From: a virus
IMG/VR virus record: IMGVR_UViG_3300034358_000044
Coordinates: 131,736-195,735 of that record
Strand: one strand, 5' to 3'
Length of the DNA: 64,000 nucleotides
Shown here piece by piece: positions 54,501 to 61,570 of this stretch. Under the pieces are notes generated by a model that worked only from the letters and a program-made list of their open reading frames with translations, was not told the DNA's origin and did no database searches. The translations under genes were made by a program, and so were the position numbers. Each line of letters opens with the position of its first letter. Positions within the stretch are counted from its first letter, which is position 1.

Positions 54501-55044
54501 CTCCTTCGTGAGCTCCAACACCGCAGGCAACTCCTGCGGCACGCGCCACGGCACTCTGCAGTTCTTCCTGGGCAACGTAGCCAGGCAGGGCGGCTTCTTC
54601 TACTCGACCCGTTTCTACATCGACACGGTGAAGGCCAGCATGCGCTGGTTCGTGGGGATGTACGGATCTGCGGCTGCCATCGGCAACGTCAACCCCAGCA
54701 CGCTCACCAACATCATCGGCTTCGCTGTAGATGCGGGCCAGAGCACTGTCCGCTTCATGTGCAATGACGGCTCTGGCACTGCCACTGCCATCGACCTGGG
54801 AGCCAACTTCCCCGCCATCACCGCCAACGTGGTGTACGAGGCCCGCTTCTTCGTCGCCCCCAACTCCTCCACGGTGTACTACTCGTTGGAGCGTCTCGAC
54901 TCCGCCGCCTTCACGGAGGGGAGCGTCAACACCAACGTGCCTGTCGCGACGCTGCTCTCTCCTCAAATCTGGATGAACAACAGTACGCCCAATGGAGTGG
55001 TGAACATCGGGGTCATCTCTCAATACCTTGAGACGGAGTACTAG
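51574..55044 (+). CDS. Tail fibre protein 3 with His-x-His repeats
   Basis: MALHVYR anchor; two GDRVL/GNRVL modules; seven DHxH motifs, six of them in 76-aa tandem repeats; lectin-like C-terminal domain. Confidence 0.85.
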   Translation: MALHVYRYKLAGPSLAQLSSQVPGSPSVSSLAPAQYIDVTVDNLYWEDLTHYMALQGFSYDSMDPAVTTATQANGSAGAASPWTGVSRTVRAASTADITLSGLQVVDGVVLFAGDRVLAKNQGTALQNGIWVVSAGAWYQPNDWATGIVVPEMGIRVSEGTVNAHSWWTLTTQGAIVVGTTATTWAKVSATATTPSTVAVATAAVGTATDFARADHVHAVTYGSAANTVTQGNDARLTNSRAPTGTASGDLAGTYPSPTLATAVRLSAGGFRFARLASTVDVPSISGLLTIDGVVTVAGNRVLLKNQTTGSQNGIWTVAAGAWTRPADWATGLVNGEMEIGVSEGVSQAHTDWSVQTQGTITVGTTSVAITQVAATATGTAGGVLSGTYPNPGFATAYSAATFLPAQLGSAAGVIGSSTRYSPADHAHPVLFGNVADSVAQGNDARFSDSRSPSGSAGGVLGGNYPNPTFDSAYGPSALTPVALGVATGVVGTSTAYSREDHVHALTYGTGAGTVTEGNDSRLSDSRAPTGAAGGILSGTYPNPAFATGFGVATATPSAVASATGSAGTSTRYAAGDHVHGVSYGTAAGTVAQGNDSRLSDSRTPTGSAGGVLSGTYPSPSFATGYGPSSLTPVALGIATGAVGVGTNYAREDHVHALTFGSAANTVTQGNDSRLSDSRTPTGAAGGVLGGTYPSPSFNAAYAASSVLPAVLGSAGGNIGTSTNYARADHLHALTYGTAANTAAQGNDSRLSDARVPTGAAGGVLGGTYPSPSFGAAYGPAATTPVAIASPTGAVGTATTYARGDHAHAVTYGSAANTVTEGDDPRLSDARIPTGPAGGALSGTYPNPVITIPGAPNQVLYSTGGGVSPAVNLNIDVEGYPIIGEETSATPAVPASGLTLFARSRAGSRILSTISPNGLVDELQTALWTKNVRLWNALGGSATTVFTLNFGNTISGTVTAEAITFGGGLANTLNRVSFVSSNTAGNSCGTRHGTLQFFLGNVARQGGFFYSTRFYIDTVKASMRWFVGMYGSAAAIGNVNPSTLTNIIGFAVDAGQSTVRFMCNDGSGTATAIDLGANFPAITANVVYEARFFVAPNSSTVYYSLERLDSAAFTEGSVNTNVPVATLLSPQIWMNNSTPNGVVNIGVISQYLETEY
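52705..54115 (+). repeat. Six degenerate 228-nt coding tandem repeats
   Basis: DHxH Asp codons at 52846, 53074, 53302, 53530, 53758, 53986 (exact 228-nt spacing). Boundaries approximate. Confidence 0.9.
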
Positions 55045-55046
55045 CC

Positions 55047-56027
55047 GTGGCCTCTACCTTCCAGTACACCGTTGACGCCGATGGCACCTTCCCCAACAAG
55101 AAGGTGAATATCGAGCACCTCGACTTGGAGATTCGAGAGAGCCAAATCAACGTGGCTCTCAACTCCGTGATGATGGTGGGGCCGAACTGCGTCATCTCCT
55201 TCCGCTCTGACTTGGCTGAATCAGAGGTTGGACTCCTCGAAGCCATCGTCTTCAACCACACCGGAGCTCCTCTTCCGGTGCAGCCGATGCCGGTCATCAT
55301 CTACTCGGATGGAACGCCAACACCTACTGCAGCAGACGGCAAGCCCTTCACGCTGCCCAACATCTTCCCAGGTGAGGTGCTGCTCAACTTCGCAGGTGTG
55401 GACGACTCTCCCACCTCTCGCTTCAACGGAAATGTCTTCGGGCTGCAGCAGGTGGGTGTAGGTGATGCCGTCTTCACCATGAACTTCACCGATGGCTTCT
55501 TCATGGCCGGCGGTCACGTCTCATGGGATGGTGGTGGTTTCGGCAGCTACATCGAGATGGAAATCATCGCTCCAGCATCCACGACGTCCAACCCTGCAGT
55601 GGCCAACACTGGCAACTGCACCTTGGTGCAGACTGGGGTACCAGGCCTGAACATCATCGTGCCCGCTGCAGGCAACGGCGCGAAGAGCATTCTGGCTCCA
55701 GTCCCAGTGCCCTCCTACCACGACGAGTCGATGGTCCTCAATGGGTATTGGACCTACACCGAGCCCTGGATTGGCAACGGACAGGTCACTCCTGGAGTCC
55801 CTGGGAGCTCGAAGTACAACCTCTTTGACCAGCCCATCGCGCTCGCCCACCTTTGCCTCATTCACGCGATGAAGGATGACGGAGAACGAGAGCTTATCGC
55901 ACCTGCCATCAAGCCCAAATGGATTCTCCCAGAGTGGAAGCTCCGCGTTACGCTTCACAATGCGGATGCCTCCAAGACTCTCCGCGCGTCCTGGGACCTG
56001 ATGTTGGCACGTCGAAAGAGTGTGTGA
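55047..56027 (+). CDS. Putative fibre-associated structural protein
   Basis: 326 aa, GTG start 2 nt after fibre 3; beta-rich. Confidence 0.55.
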   Translation: MASTFQYTVDADGTFPNKKVNIEHLDLEIRESQINVALNSVMMVGPNCVISFRSDLAESEVGLLEAIVFNHTGAPLPVQPMPVIIYSDGTPTPTAADGKPFTLPNIFPGEVLLNFAGVDDSPTSRFNGNVFGLQQVGVGDAVFTMNFTDGFFMAGGHVSWDGGGFGSYIEMEIIAPASTTSNPAVANTGNCTLVQTGVPGLNIIVPAAGNGAKSILAPVPVPSYHDESMVLNGYWTYTEPWIGNGQVTPGVPGSSKYNLFDQPIALAHLCLIHAMKDDGERELIAPAIKPKWILPEWKLRVTLHNADASKTLRASWDLMLARRKSV

Positions 56028-56033
56028 TGACTG

Positions 56034-56534
56034 ATGCACCCTACCCTCATTGGGTTCTCAACTCCGAACTACTTCAATCCGGTCAGTAGGCTCATTCGCT
56101 TCATCACGAAGAGCAAGGCGAGTCACGCCTTCGTCATCTACTTCGCCCACGACTGGAACATGGACTGTGTGCTCGAAGCGCATGAGCTCGGCTTCCGCAT
56201 CACTCCTCTTGAGCGCTTCATCGTCAAGAACAACATCGTGAAGGTGGTGGTGCCTCGGCATCCCATCGACGAAGGACTGCTGGTCATCGCCAAGCGCTAC
56301 CTGGGCTCGATGTACGACTACAAGGGGCTCTTCGGGATGTCGGTGGTAATGCTTGGTCGCTTCTTGAAGCGCAAGTGGAATAACCCTTTCAGAGGCTCCA
56401 AGAGCGTCTTCTGCTCCGAGTCCGTCATCATCGCCATGAAGAACTCACATGGGTATGAGGACCTCGACCTCAGTGATGATACGGATCCAGAAGCGCTTCT
56501 GGAGTACTTTGAAACGAAAGAGTGTGCTACGTGA
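56034..56534 (+). CDS. Permuted papain-like (YiiX/YaeF, NlpC/P60) amidase
   Basis: His-before-Cys order: ASHAF...VLEA...YLGSMYD...FCSESV. Confidence 0.8.
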   Translation: MHPTLIGFSTPNYFNPVSRLIRFITKSKASHAFVIYFAHDWNMDCVLEAHELGFRITPLERFIVKNNIVKVVVPRHPIDEGLLVIAKRYLGSMYDYKGLFGMSVVMLGRFLKRKWNNPFRGSKSVFCSESVIIAMKNSHGYEDLDLSDDTDPEALLEYFETKECAT

Positions 56535-56710
56535 GCTACAACGTTCTGGAGTGCCTCCATGCCGTGATGGAGAAACCGTATACGCCTGAGACGGTTCACA
56601 TCACGCCGCTTACCGACCTGGTGCCGGTGCTGCGGTGTTACCAGTGTGGGGCGCTCCTCTACGTGATGGTTCCTGCTGGCACCAAGCCACCGCCCAAACC
56701 TGAACTCTGA
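56531..56710 (+). CDS. Small Zn-ribbon-like protein
   Basis: GTGA overlap; ECLH...RCYQCG. Confidence 0.5.
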   Translation: MSYNVLECLHAVMEKPYTPETVHITPLTDLVPVLRCYQCGALLYVMVPAGTKPPPKPEL

Positions 56711-57222
56711 TGCTCGCTCTTGCTCTTGCAGTCGTACTGAGTGGAACTCCTCTCGAAGAGCAAGCTGAAGTTGCCATCCCCTGGCTCTTGCCATCTGCCT
56801 ACCTGCACGTCCTCATTCATGAGGCGAGCCACGTGGCGATGATAGAGGCGACTGGTGGGAAGGTCACCGCCTTCAAGCCCTACCCCACACCCAATGGGTG
56901 GATCGCTTCGACCGAGTGGGAGTACCCCTCACGAGAGGTGTACGAGCGAGGCATCCCTGTTGCGCGCTTGGCTCCCGTGGTGACTGAGACTGCATGGCTC
57001 CTGGTCTCCGCCATCATCTACCGCAATGTGGCGAGCAACCATTGGAAGGGTGCCTTCTTCGTGGAGATGCTCAACAGCTTCATCGACCTGTGTCGCTGGT
57101 ACTTCACTACCTTCAACACCACGGGTGATGGGTATTCCTATCGCACAGTCGTTGTTCCTGTTGGTGCAGTCGTGCTCCCTCTTTTGGGTCTCACTGCTGG
57201 GCTCATCGCCTTCTTGCACTGA
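56710..57222 (+). CDS. Membrane-bound M50-like metallopeptidase
   Basis: Signal/TM N-terminus; LIHEASH; LAPVV; NTTGDG resembling the M50 NxxxxDG motif; TGATG coupling. Confidence 0.6.
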   Translation: MLALALAVVLSGTPLEEQAEVAIPWLLPSAYLHVLIHEASHVAMIEATGGKVTAFKPYPTPNGWIASTEWEYPSREVYERGIPVARLAPVVTETAWLLVSAIIYRNVASNHWKGAFFVEMLNSFIDLCRWYFTTFNTTGDGYSYRTVVVPVGAVVLPLLGLTAGLIAFLH

Positions 57223-57258
57223 GAGCTAAGAAGAAAGGGCGACGTCCACCCCTTCTTC
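57221..57258 (-). terminator. Hairpin terminator with TTAGC tail
   Basis: GAGAGCTAA then GAAGAAAGGG...CCCTTCTTC; convergent genes. Confidence 0.65.
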
Positions 57259-57264
57259 AACGTG

Positions 57265-57708
57265 CTACTCCGCCTCTGCAGCCTCGGCCATCTCCGACAG
57301 GGCGGAGAACGGCTGATGAGTCAGAGGTGCATCACGCTTCGCTGCAGCTTCGTTCTTGCGACGTTCCTCCTCCAGGAGGATTCGCTCAGGAGGGAGCTGC
57401 TTGGTGCCCTTCTTCAACGAGGGACGGATGATGAGGGTGGTAGGCGGCTCGACGGGTCGAGTCTCTTCCTCCTTCACTGGCACCTTGCTCGTCCGATGAA
57501 TGGAGCTCTGGAGCTCGCGCTTCTTCGTCTCCAAGTGCTTCACCTCGTTCTCCAGTCGCATCTTCTTCTGGGCCATCTCAGAAGCAGTGCGATCCTGGTT
57601 CTGGAGCTGCCTGACCTTGAGAGCGGTGTCCGCTCGGAGGTCATCGACCTTGGCCTCGATGAGGCTGGTCACAGCCTTCACGAACCACTCAGGAATGTGA
57701 AACTGCAT
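57265..57708 (-). CDS. Coiled-coil hypothetical protein
   Basis: 147 aa; AAAGGAG SD; has its own promoter and terminator. Confidence 0.65.
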   Translation of the reverse strand: MQFHIPEWFVKAVTSLIEAKVDDLRADTALKVRQLQNQDRTASEMAQKKMRLENEVKHLETKKRELQSSIHRTSKVPVKEEETRPVEPPTTLIIRPSLKKGTKQLPPERILLEEERRKNEAAAKRDAPLTHQPFSALSEMAEAAEAE

Positions 57709-57756
57709 GTGTCTTGCTCCTTTGAAGCGTAGAGAGAAGGATTCTCTCGACTCTTC

Positions 57757-57783
57757 CTTATGCCAAGAGAGTGAGACTTTTGG
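57757..57783 (-). promoter_or_regulatory. Conserved bipartite phage promoter, copy 4 (spacer 1 nt short)
   Basis: CCAA-AAGTCTCACTCTCT-TGGCATAAG. Confidence 0.65.
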
Positions 57784-57784
57784 T

Positions 57785-57832
57785 GAGAGCTAAACAGCGA
57801 GGCGATGTCGCTCAACCACCGCCTCAAGCTGT
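57785..57832 (-). terminator. Hairpin terminator with TTAGC tail
   Basis: GAGAGCTAA then AACAGC-GAGGCG...CGCCTC-AA-GCTGTT. Confidence 0.6.
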
Positions 57833-58053
57833 TACTCCGCCATCCTGCGAATATCATCCAACCGGATGATCGCAGTGACGAAGTCGACCCTGTTCGCACG
57901 GGCGAACCTGAAGACCTCCAGCGGATCGAGCTGGAAGTCCTCCGCGTCCTTCACGCGGTCGGGGTGGAGATGGTTCACTTCGATGGCACCCTTTGCCATC
58001 CGCTGAGCTCCTTCAGCCCATGCGTTGAACCGTTGGGTTTTGCACTTGGACAT
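57832..58053 (-). CDS. 73-aa hypothetical protein
   Basis: MSKCKTQRFN start at 58053 with AGGAG SD (the ORF-track start at 58278 runs through the promoter). Confidence 0.65.
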   Translation of the reverse strand: MSKCKTQRFNAWAEGAQRMAKGAIEVNHLHPDRVKDAEDFQLDPLEVFRFARANRVDFVTAIIRLDDIRRMAE

Positions 58054-58183
58054 AGAACTCTCCTGAGCCTGTGGCTCGGTGTCTTCCCATTTCACCTGTC
58101 CTGGTGTCGGCCTGCGTGAGCGGCCAATGTTCCCGGGGGTCAGAGCCCGGTAATCAGAAAGAGAAAGTTCCCTCTGATATACC

Positions 58184-58211
58184 CTTATGCCGAAACCCAC
58201 GTGACTTTTGC
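58184..58211 (-). promoter_or_regulatory. Conserved bipartite phage promoter, copy 5
   Basis: GCAA-AAGTCACGTGGGTTT-CGGCATAAG. Confidence 0.7.
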
Positions 58212-58236
58212 TCTTGATGGTGGCTAGCCTTGGGGC

Positions 58237-58905
58237 ATGTCGAAGATCGCAGACGACATCGCCAACATGACCCGGCACCTCTACAACAACCTGCAGAGGG
58301 AGAAGGCGGACATGGGGATAGTCCCCAATGAGCCTATACCGACGTCCATCTCTGTCCCTGCCCTTGTCAGGGTACGCACTTCAGCGAACGTCCATGTCGA
58401 TGGGATTGCTGCAGGCAGGATGGCTGAGCACATCATGCCCTACCCCGAATACGTCTCTGGAACAGTCTATGAGACGGAAACGGTATACGGTGAGGATGGC
58501 TTCGCGGTCGGCATCTCAGCGCCACACAATGGTTTCATCCACGACGAGGTGTCCCAGTTGAGCGAGCAGCTCTACACCTACAAGCTCATCACCCATCCTG
58601 ATGGGCGGCAGACCTATGAGCGGGTGCCCTTCGATCCAGCCACCGCGAGGAGCGGAGATGTGGCCGTCCCCAGGCGCGCCCCCTTCATCAAGAACGGAGA
58701 GCAACCGGGCATGGGCTCCGTGGCCTTGGAGCACATCCTTCGGAACACGGAGGCGGCCAGGTCCAGACGTGCCCTCTCCGACGCCCTGGAGGCCCAGGCT
58801 GAGGAGGAGAGGCACCTGAAGGCCCTCGGCTACCCCCAGAGGCCTGATGACGAGCCTGAGGCCAAGCCAGTGCCCAAGCGCTACGGACGGGTGTTGGAGC
58901 CCTGA
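58237..58905 (+). CDS. Hypothetical protein
   Basis: 222 aa with typical codon bias in its terminal parts. Confidence 0.6.
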   Translation: MSKIADDIANMTRHLYNNLQREKADMGIVPNEPIPTSISVPALVRVRTSANVHVDGIAAGRMAEHIMPYPEYVSGTVYETETVYGEDGFAVGISAPHNGFIHDEVSQLSEQLYTYKLITHPDGRQTYERVPFDPATARSGDVAVPRRAPFIKNGEQPGMGSVALEHILRNTEAARSRRALSDALEAQAEEERHLKALGYPQRPDDEPEAKPVPKRYGRVLEP

Positions 58906-59058
58906 ACATGTGCAGAAACCTCTGCACAGCATGAGGCTGTTTCAGTGGGACTGTACTTCCATCCAGCGTTGAACACTGCAAGCCCACGGTACAGCGCGAG
59001 TTCCGGTACTCAAACGCTCCAAGCGTTCCCAGGAGGGTGGGGTTACCAGAGCCCCACC

Positions 59059-59226
59059 ATGAACCTCTCCTTCGCTCTCTCGGTTGCGGTGTGCATCGCT
59101 GGGGTCATCCTCTACTTCGTCTCAGCGGCTTCGAAGCCTCAAGAAGTGGGACGCATCATGTTCGCCATGGGTCTTCTCGCAACGCTCTTGAAGTTCGCTG
59201 GCGAAGCCTCTCTTCGAGTTGGTTGA
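59059..59226 (+). CDS. 55-aa two-TM membrane protein (holin-like size/topology, unproven)
   Basis: MNLSFALSVAVCIAGVILYFVS...IMFAMGLLATLLKFAG; ATG at 59059. Confidence 0.55.
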   Translation: MNLSFALSVAVCIAGVILYFVSAASKPQEVGRIMFAMGLLATLLKFAGEASLRVG

Positions 59227-59256
59227 GAGCTAACAACAAGGAGGGTGGCCTCCTTG
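59225..59256 (-). terminator. Hairpin terminator with TTAGC tail
   Basis: GAGAGCTAACAA then CAAGGAGG-GTGG-CCTCCTTG. Confidence 0.7.
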
Positions 59257-59261
59257 GTGCT

Positions 59262-59627
59262 TCAGGCTCGCGCCGCCTGCTGCGGGAAGCCGGTCTTGAG
59301 CGCGGCCTCGACCGCCGCGATGTTGCTGGTCTCCTTCATCAGCAGGAAAAGATCGAGCTGCATGCTCTGCGTGTAGAACGTCATGAGGTCGACGAACGTC
59401 ATCGGGGTGATCGCCTCCATGATGAACCCTTCGCAGAGGTCCCTGAGGGCGTTGAGCACGACGGCCACAGACGCCTCGGCTTCCGCCTGGTGCGTCTTGC
59501 AGCACTCACCTTGAGTTCTCATCGCCTTGTGCCAGATCGCCTCCACCTGCAAGAACTTGTCGATGGCCTTCGTCATTTGAATCGTCGCACCCTTGAGGTT
59601 CATCGGGTCGATAGCTTCGCGGCTCAT
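59262..59627 (-). CDS. Helical hypothetical protein
   Basis: 121 aa; AAAGGA SD; has its own promoter and terminator. Confidence 0.65.
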   Translation of the reverse strand: MSREAIDPMNLKGATIQMTKAIDKFLQVEAIWHKAMRTQGECCKTHQAEAEASVAVVLNALRDLCEGFIMEAITPMTFVDLMTFYTQSMQLDLFLLMKETSNIAAVEAALKTGFPQQAARA

Positions 59628-59670
59628 GGTGATTCCTTTGCCCAGTGGGCGTTAGAGTTCACTGCACATC

Positions 59671-59698
59671 CTTATGCCGAATGTGCGAGCTCTTTTGA
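59671..59698 (-). promoter_or_regulatory. Conserved bipartite phage promoter, copy 6
   Basis: TCAA-AAGAGCTCGCACATT-CGGCATAAG; overlaps the upstream terminator tail. Confidence 0.7.
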
Positions 59699-59734
59699 GA
59701 GCTAAGAAACATTGTCCAGACGTCTGGACAATGT
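59697..59734 (-). terminator. Terminator formed by a perfect 26-bp palindrome plus TTAGC tail
   Basis: GAGAGCTAAGAA then ACATTGTCCAGACGTCTGGACAATGT. Confidence 0.65.
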
Positions 59735-59759
59735 CCTTCCCCATCGGTGAGGGAGTGGG

Positions 59760-60611
59760 TCAGAGGAGCTTGTTCATCGCGTCGATGGCGCGCAGCATCT
59801 CTTCCCGGGGCAGACCCGAACGCGGACCACCAGCGATGCCGGCGTGTCCACCTGCCTCAGGACCCCACAGCTCCTGTGCCACCGTCACGCAGCTCACCCC
59901 CGGAATGGGATCAGCCAGCGAGATGGTGACTGCCTTGGACTTGGCGTTGTAGCTCACCACCGCCTTGGCCACCTTCCCGCCCGGGGTCAGGTAGAGGTGG
60001 TTCGTGAACGCCTCAGCCTCCCGAGCGATGACGCCCTGGTCGGAGATGCCACGGAAGCTGGAACGGTTGAGCTCCAGCTGCGCCTCCTGTGCGGCAGCCC
60101 CAGCCTCGATGAGCTCAGGGTCATTGAGGAAGAGCCTCCACAGGACGATGGTGGCCGCGTCCACCCACGCCTCTGCGCTGACGACCGAGCCGTCCCGGGG
60201 AGCGTAGAGCTTGTTCTTCTCGCTCCACGCCCAGAAGGCGTAGAGCCGCGCCAGGTCTTCCTCGCTTGCACCGGACTGGGCCAGCTTGTGCGGCCCCTTC
60301 GTGTCAACGAAGGCCGCCAACGTCCAGAAGTCATCGTAGTTGGGCTTCGTCCCGAGGACGGCCAAGACGCCGCCGAGAGCGTCCAAGTCGACGTGACTGA
60401 GACCGATGACCTCCACCTCTCGCCACTCGGGCTGGAGGCGGTTCGGGAAGGTGCAGGGCGCCGGGTTCGCGCTGCGGCTGCCGTGGTGAGCGAGGGTGCC
60501 GTGGCTGCCCTCGACAACACTGTCACCGTACTCGGCCTCCACGGTGACGCTCTTGAGACCGGCGATGGCGGCGGTGAGGTTGGCAGCAACAGACGAAAGA
60601 AGGATTTGCAC
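59760..60611 (-). CDS. DHH-superfamily-like phosphoesterase
   Basis: TLAHHG, LSHVDLDALGG, FVDTKG, C-terminal GGHAGIAGG (DHHA1-like); GTG start at 60611 with AGGAG SD. Confidence 0.6.
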   Translation of the reverse strand: MQILLSSVAANLTAAIAGLKSVTVEAEYGDSVVEGSHGTLAHHGSRSANPAPCTFPNRLQPEWREVEVIGLSHVDLDALGGVLAVLGTKPNYDDFWTLAAFVDTKGPHKLAQSGASEEDLARLYAFWAWSEKNKLYAPRDGSVVSAEAWVDAATIVLWRLFLNDPELIEAGAAAQEAQLELNRSSFRGISDQGVIAREAEAFTNHLYLTPGGKVAKAVVSYNAKSKAVTISLADPIPGVSCVTVAQELWGPEAGGHAGIAGGPRSGLPREEMLRAIDAMNKLL

Positions 60612-60673
60612 GTGAGACTCCTGTCCCAATGGGACGGAAAGCAGAGGAAGCAGAATGCTTCTTGCTCTATGTC

Positions 60674-60701
60674 CTTATGCCTAGACCAGGAGCGTATTTG
60701 C
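60674..60701 (-). promoter_or_regulatory. Conserved bipartite phage promoter, copy 7
   Basis: GCAA-ATACGCTCCTGGTCT-AGGCATAAG. Confidence 0.65.
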
Positions 60702-60705
60702 GACT

Positions 60706-60742
60706 GACAGCTAAGAAGCGGGGGTCGGTGCCCCTTGCTTCT
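60706..60742 (-). terminator. Hairpin terminator with TTAGC tail
   Basis: GACAGCTAA then AGAAGCGGGGG...CCCCTTGCTTCT. Confidence 0.65.
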
Positions 60743-60828
60743 CACTTCGGGTCGTTGAAGACCACATACCTCACCGCGATGATCGCAGCGAGGCACAGCA
60801 GTATTCTCAGGGTGAGGAGGGCCGTCAT
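60742..60828 (-). CDS. 28-aa single-TM peptide
   Basis: MTALLTLRILLCLAAIIAVRYVVFNDPK; ATGA overlap with the upstream gene; stop abuts the terminator. Confidence 0.45.
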   Translation of the reverse strand: MTALLTLRILLCLAAIIAVRYVVFNDPK

Positions 60829-61055
60829 GACTTCACCTCGCAGCTCTTCCTCATGGCCTTCAGCGCCTCGGTCTTGCAGTTGAACTTGCAGACCTTTTCC
60901 CACTTGGTGATGACGTAGCCCGGTGCCTTGTCCCTCTCACACCGAGGCTCACAGCTCTCCAAGTGCTTCTTCACCACTTGCTGGGCACAAGAGGGTTCGT
61001 AGCGCCCACTGGCTGCCACCATGAGCGCAGCCAGGACAGCACTGAGGGTGCTCAC
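60825..61055 (-). CDS. Small secreted Cys-rich protein
   Basis: Hydrophobic N-terminus; six Cys including two CxxxC pairs. Confidence 0.6.
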   Translation of the reverse strand: MSTLSAVLAALMVAASGRYEPSCAQQVVKKHLESCEPRCERDKAPGYVITKWEKVCKFNCKTEALKAMRKSCEVKS

Positions 61056-61480
61056 AGCTTCACCGAGCAGTACTCGATGGACGACCAGACTGCGTCCTTG
61101 TCGCAGAGGCTTTCACAGTTGGGCAAGCCCCCATGCAGCTTGCATCCCCAGCGGCATGACGTGCTGAACTCAACGAACGATTGAGAGCAGGAGAGGTCCA
61201 CGGGGATGAGCTTGCCTTCCGTGTTCTCCACCATCCTCAGTTCGCATTTGGAGGCGAGAACCTCGTCACCGGCCACTGCGCACTTGGAGGCACAAGCTTT
61301 GATGCCCTCAGGTGTGGTGGCGTTGTGCAACTTCCCTTCGTTGCAGGCTTGGAAGCACCTCGGTAGCCCCTCCTTCATGAACTCCGAGAAGCAGGCCTTC
61401 TGCTGCCACGCCCTCTTCTCTTGTTCCGTCTGGCAGCCAGTGAGAACCAGCGTGAACAGCACCACGATGTAGCTCTTCAT
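61052..61480 (-). CDS. Cys-rich lipoprotein
   Basis: MKSYIVVLFTLVLTGC lipobox; 12 further Cys, with four CxxxC pairs; AGGAG SD. Confidence 0.75.
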   Translation of the reverse strand: MKSYIVVLFTLVLTGCQTEQEKRAWQQKACFSEFMKEGLPRCFQACNEGKLHNATTPEGIKACASKCAVAGDEVLASKCELRMVENTEGKLIPVDLSCSQSFVEFSTSCRWGCKLHGGLPNCESLCDKDAVWSSIEYCSVKL

Positions 61481-61570
61481 GACGCACTCCTGTGCTCCCA
61501 GTGGGAGCTGTTGAGGGTTTGGCTTCAGAGCCTTGTCCCTACAACCAGGAGTGAATTGCTCTATGAGGTC

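Noticed and set aside
42843-55044. Diversity-generating retroelement acting on the fibres
   Set aside because: No reverse transcriptase in the window, and no near-identical TR/VR pair differing at adenines was seen.
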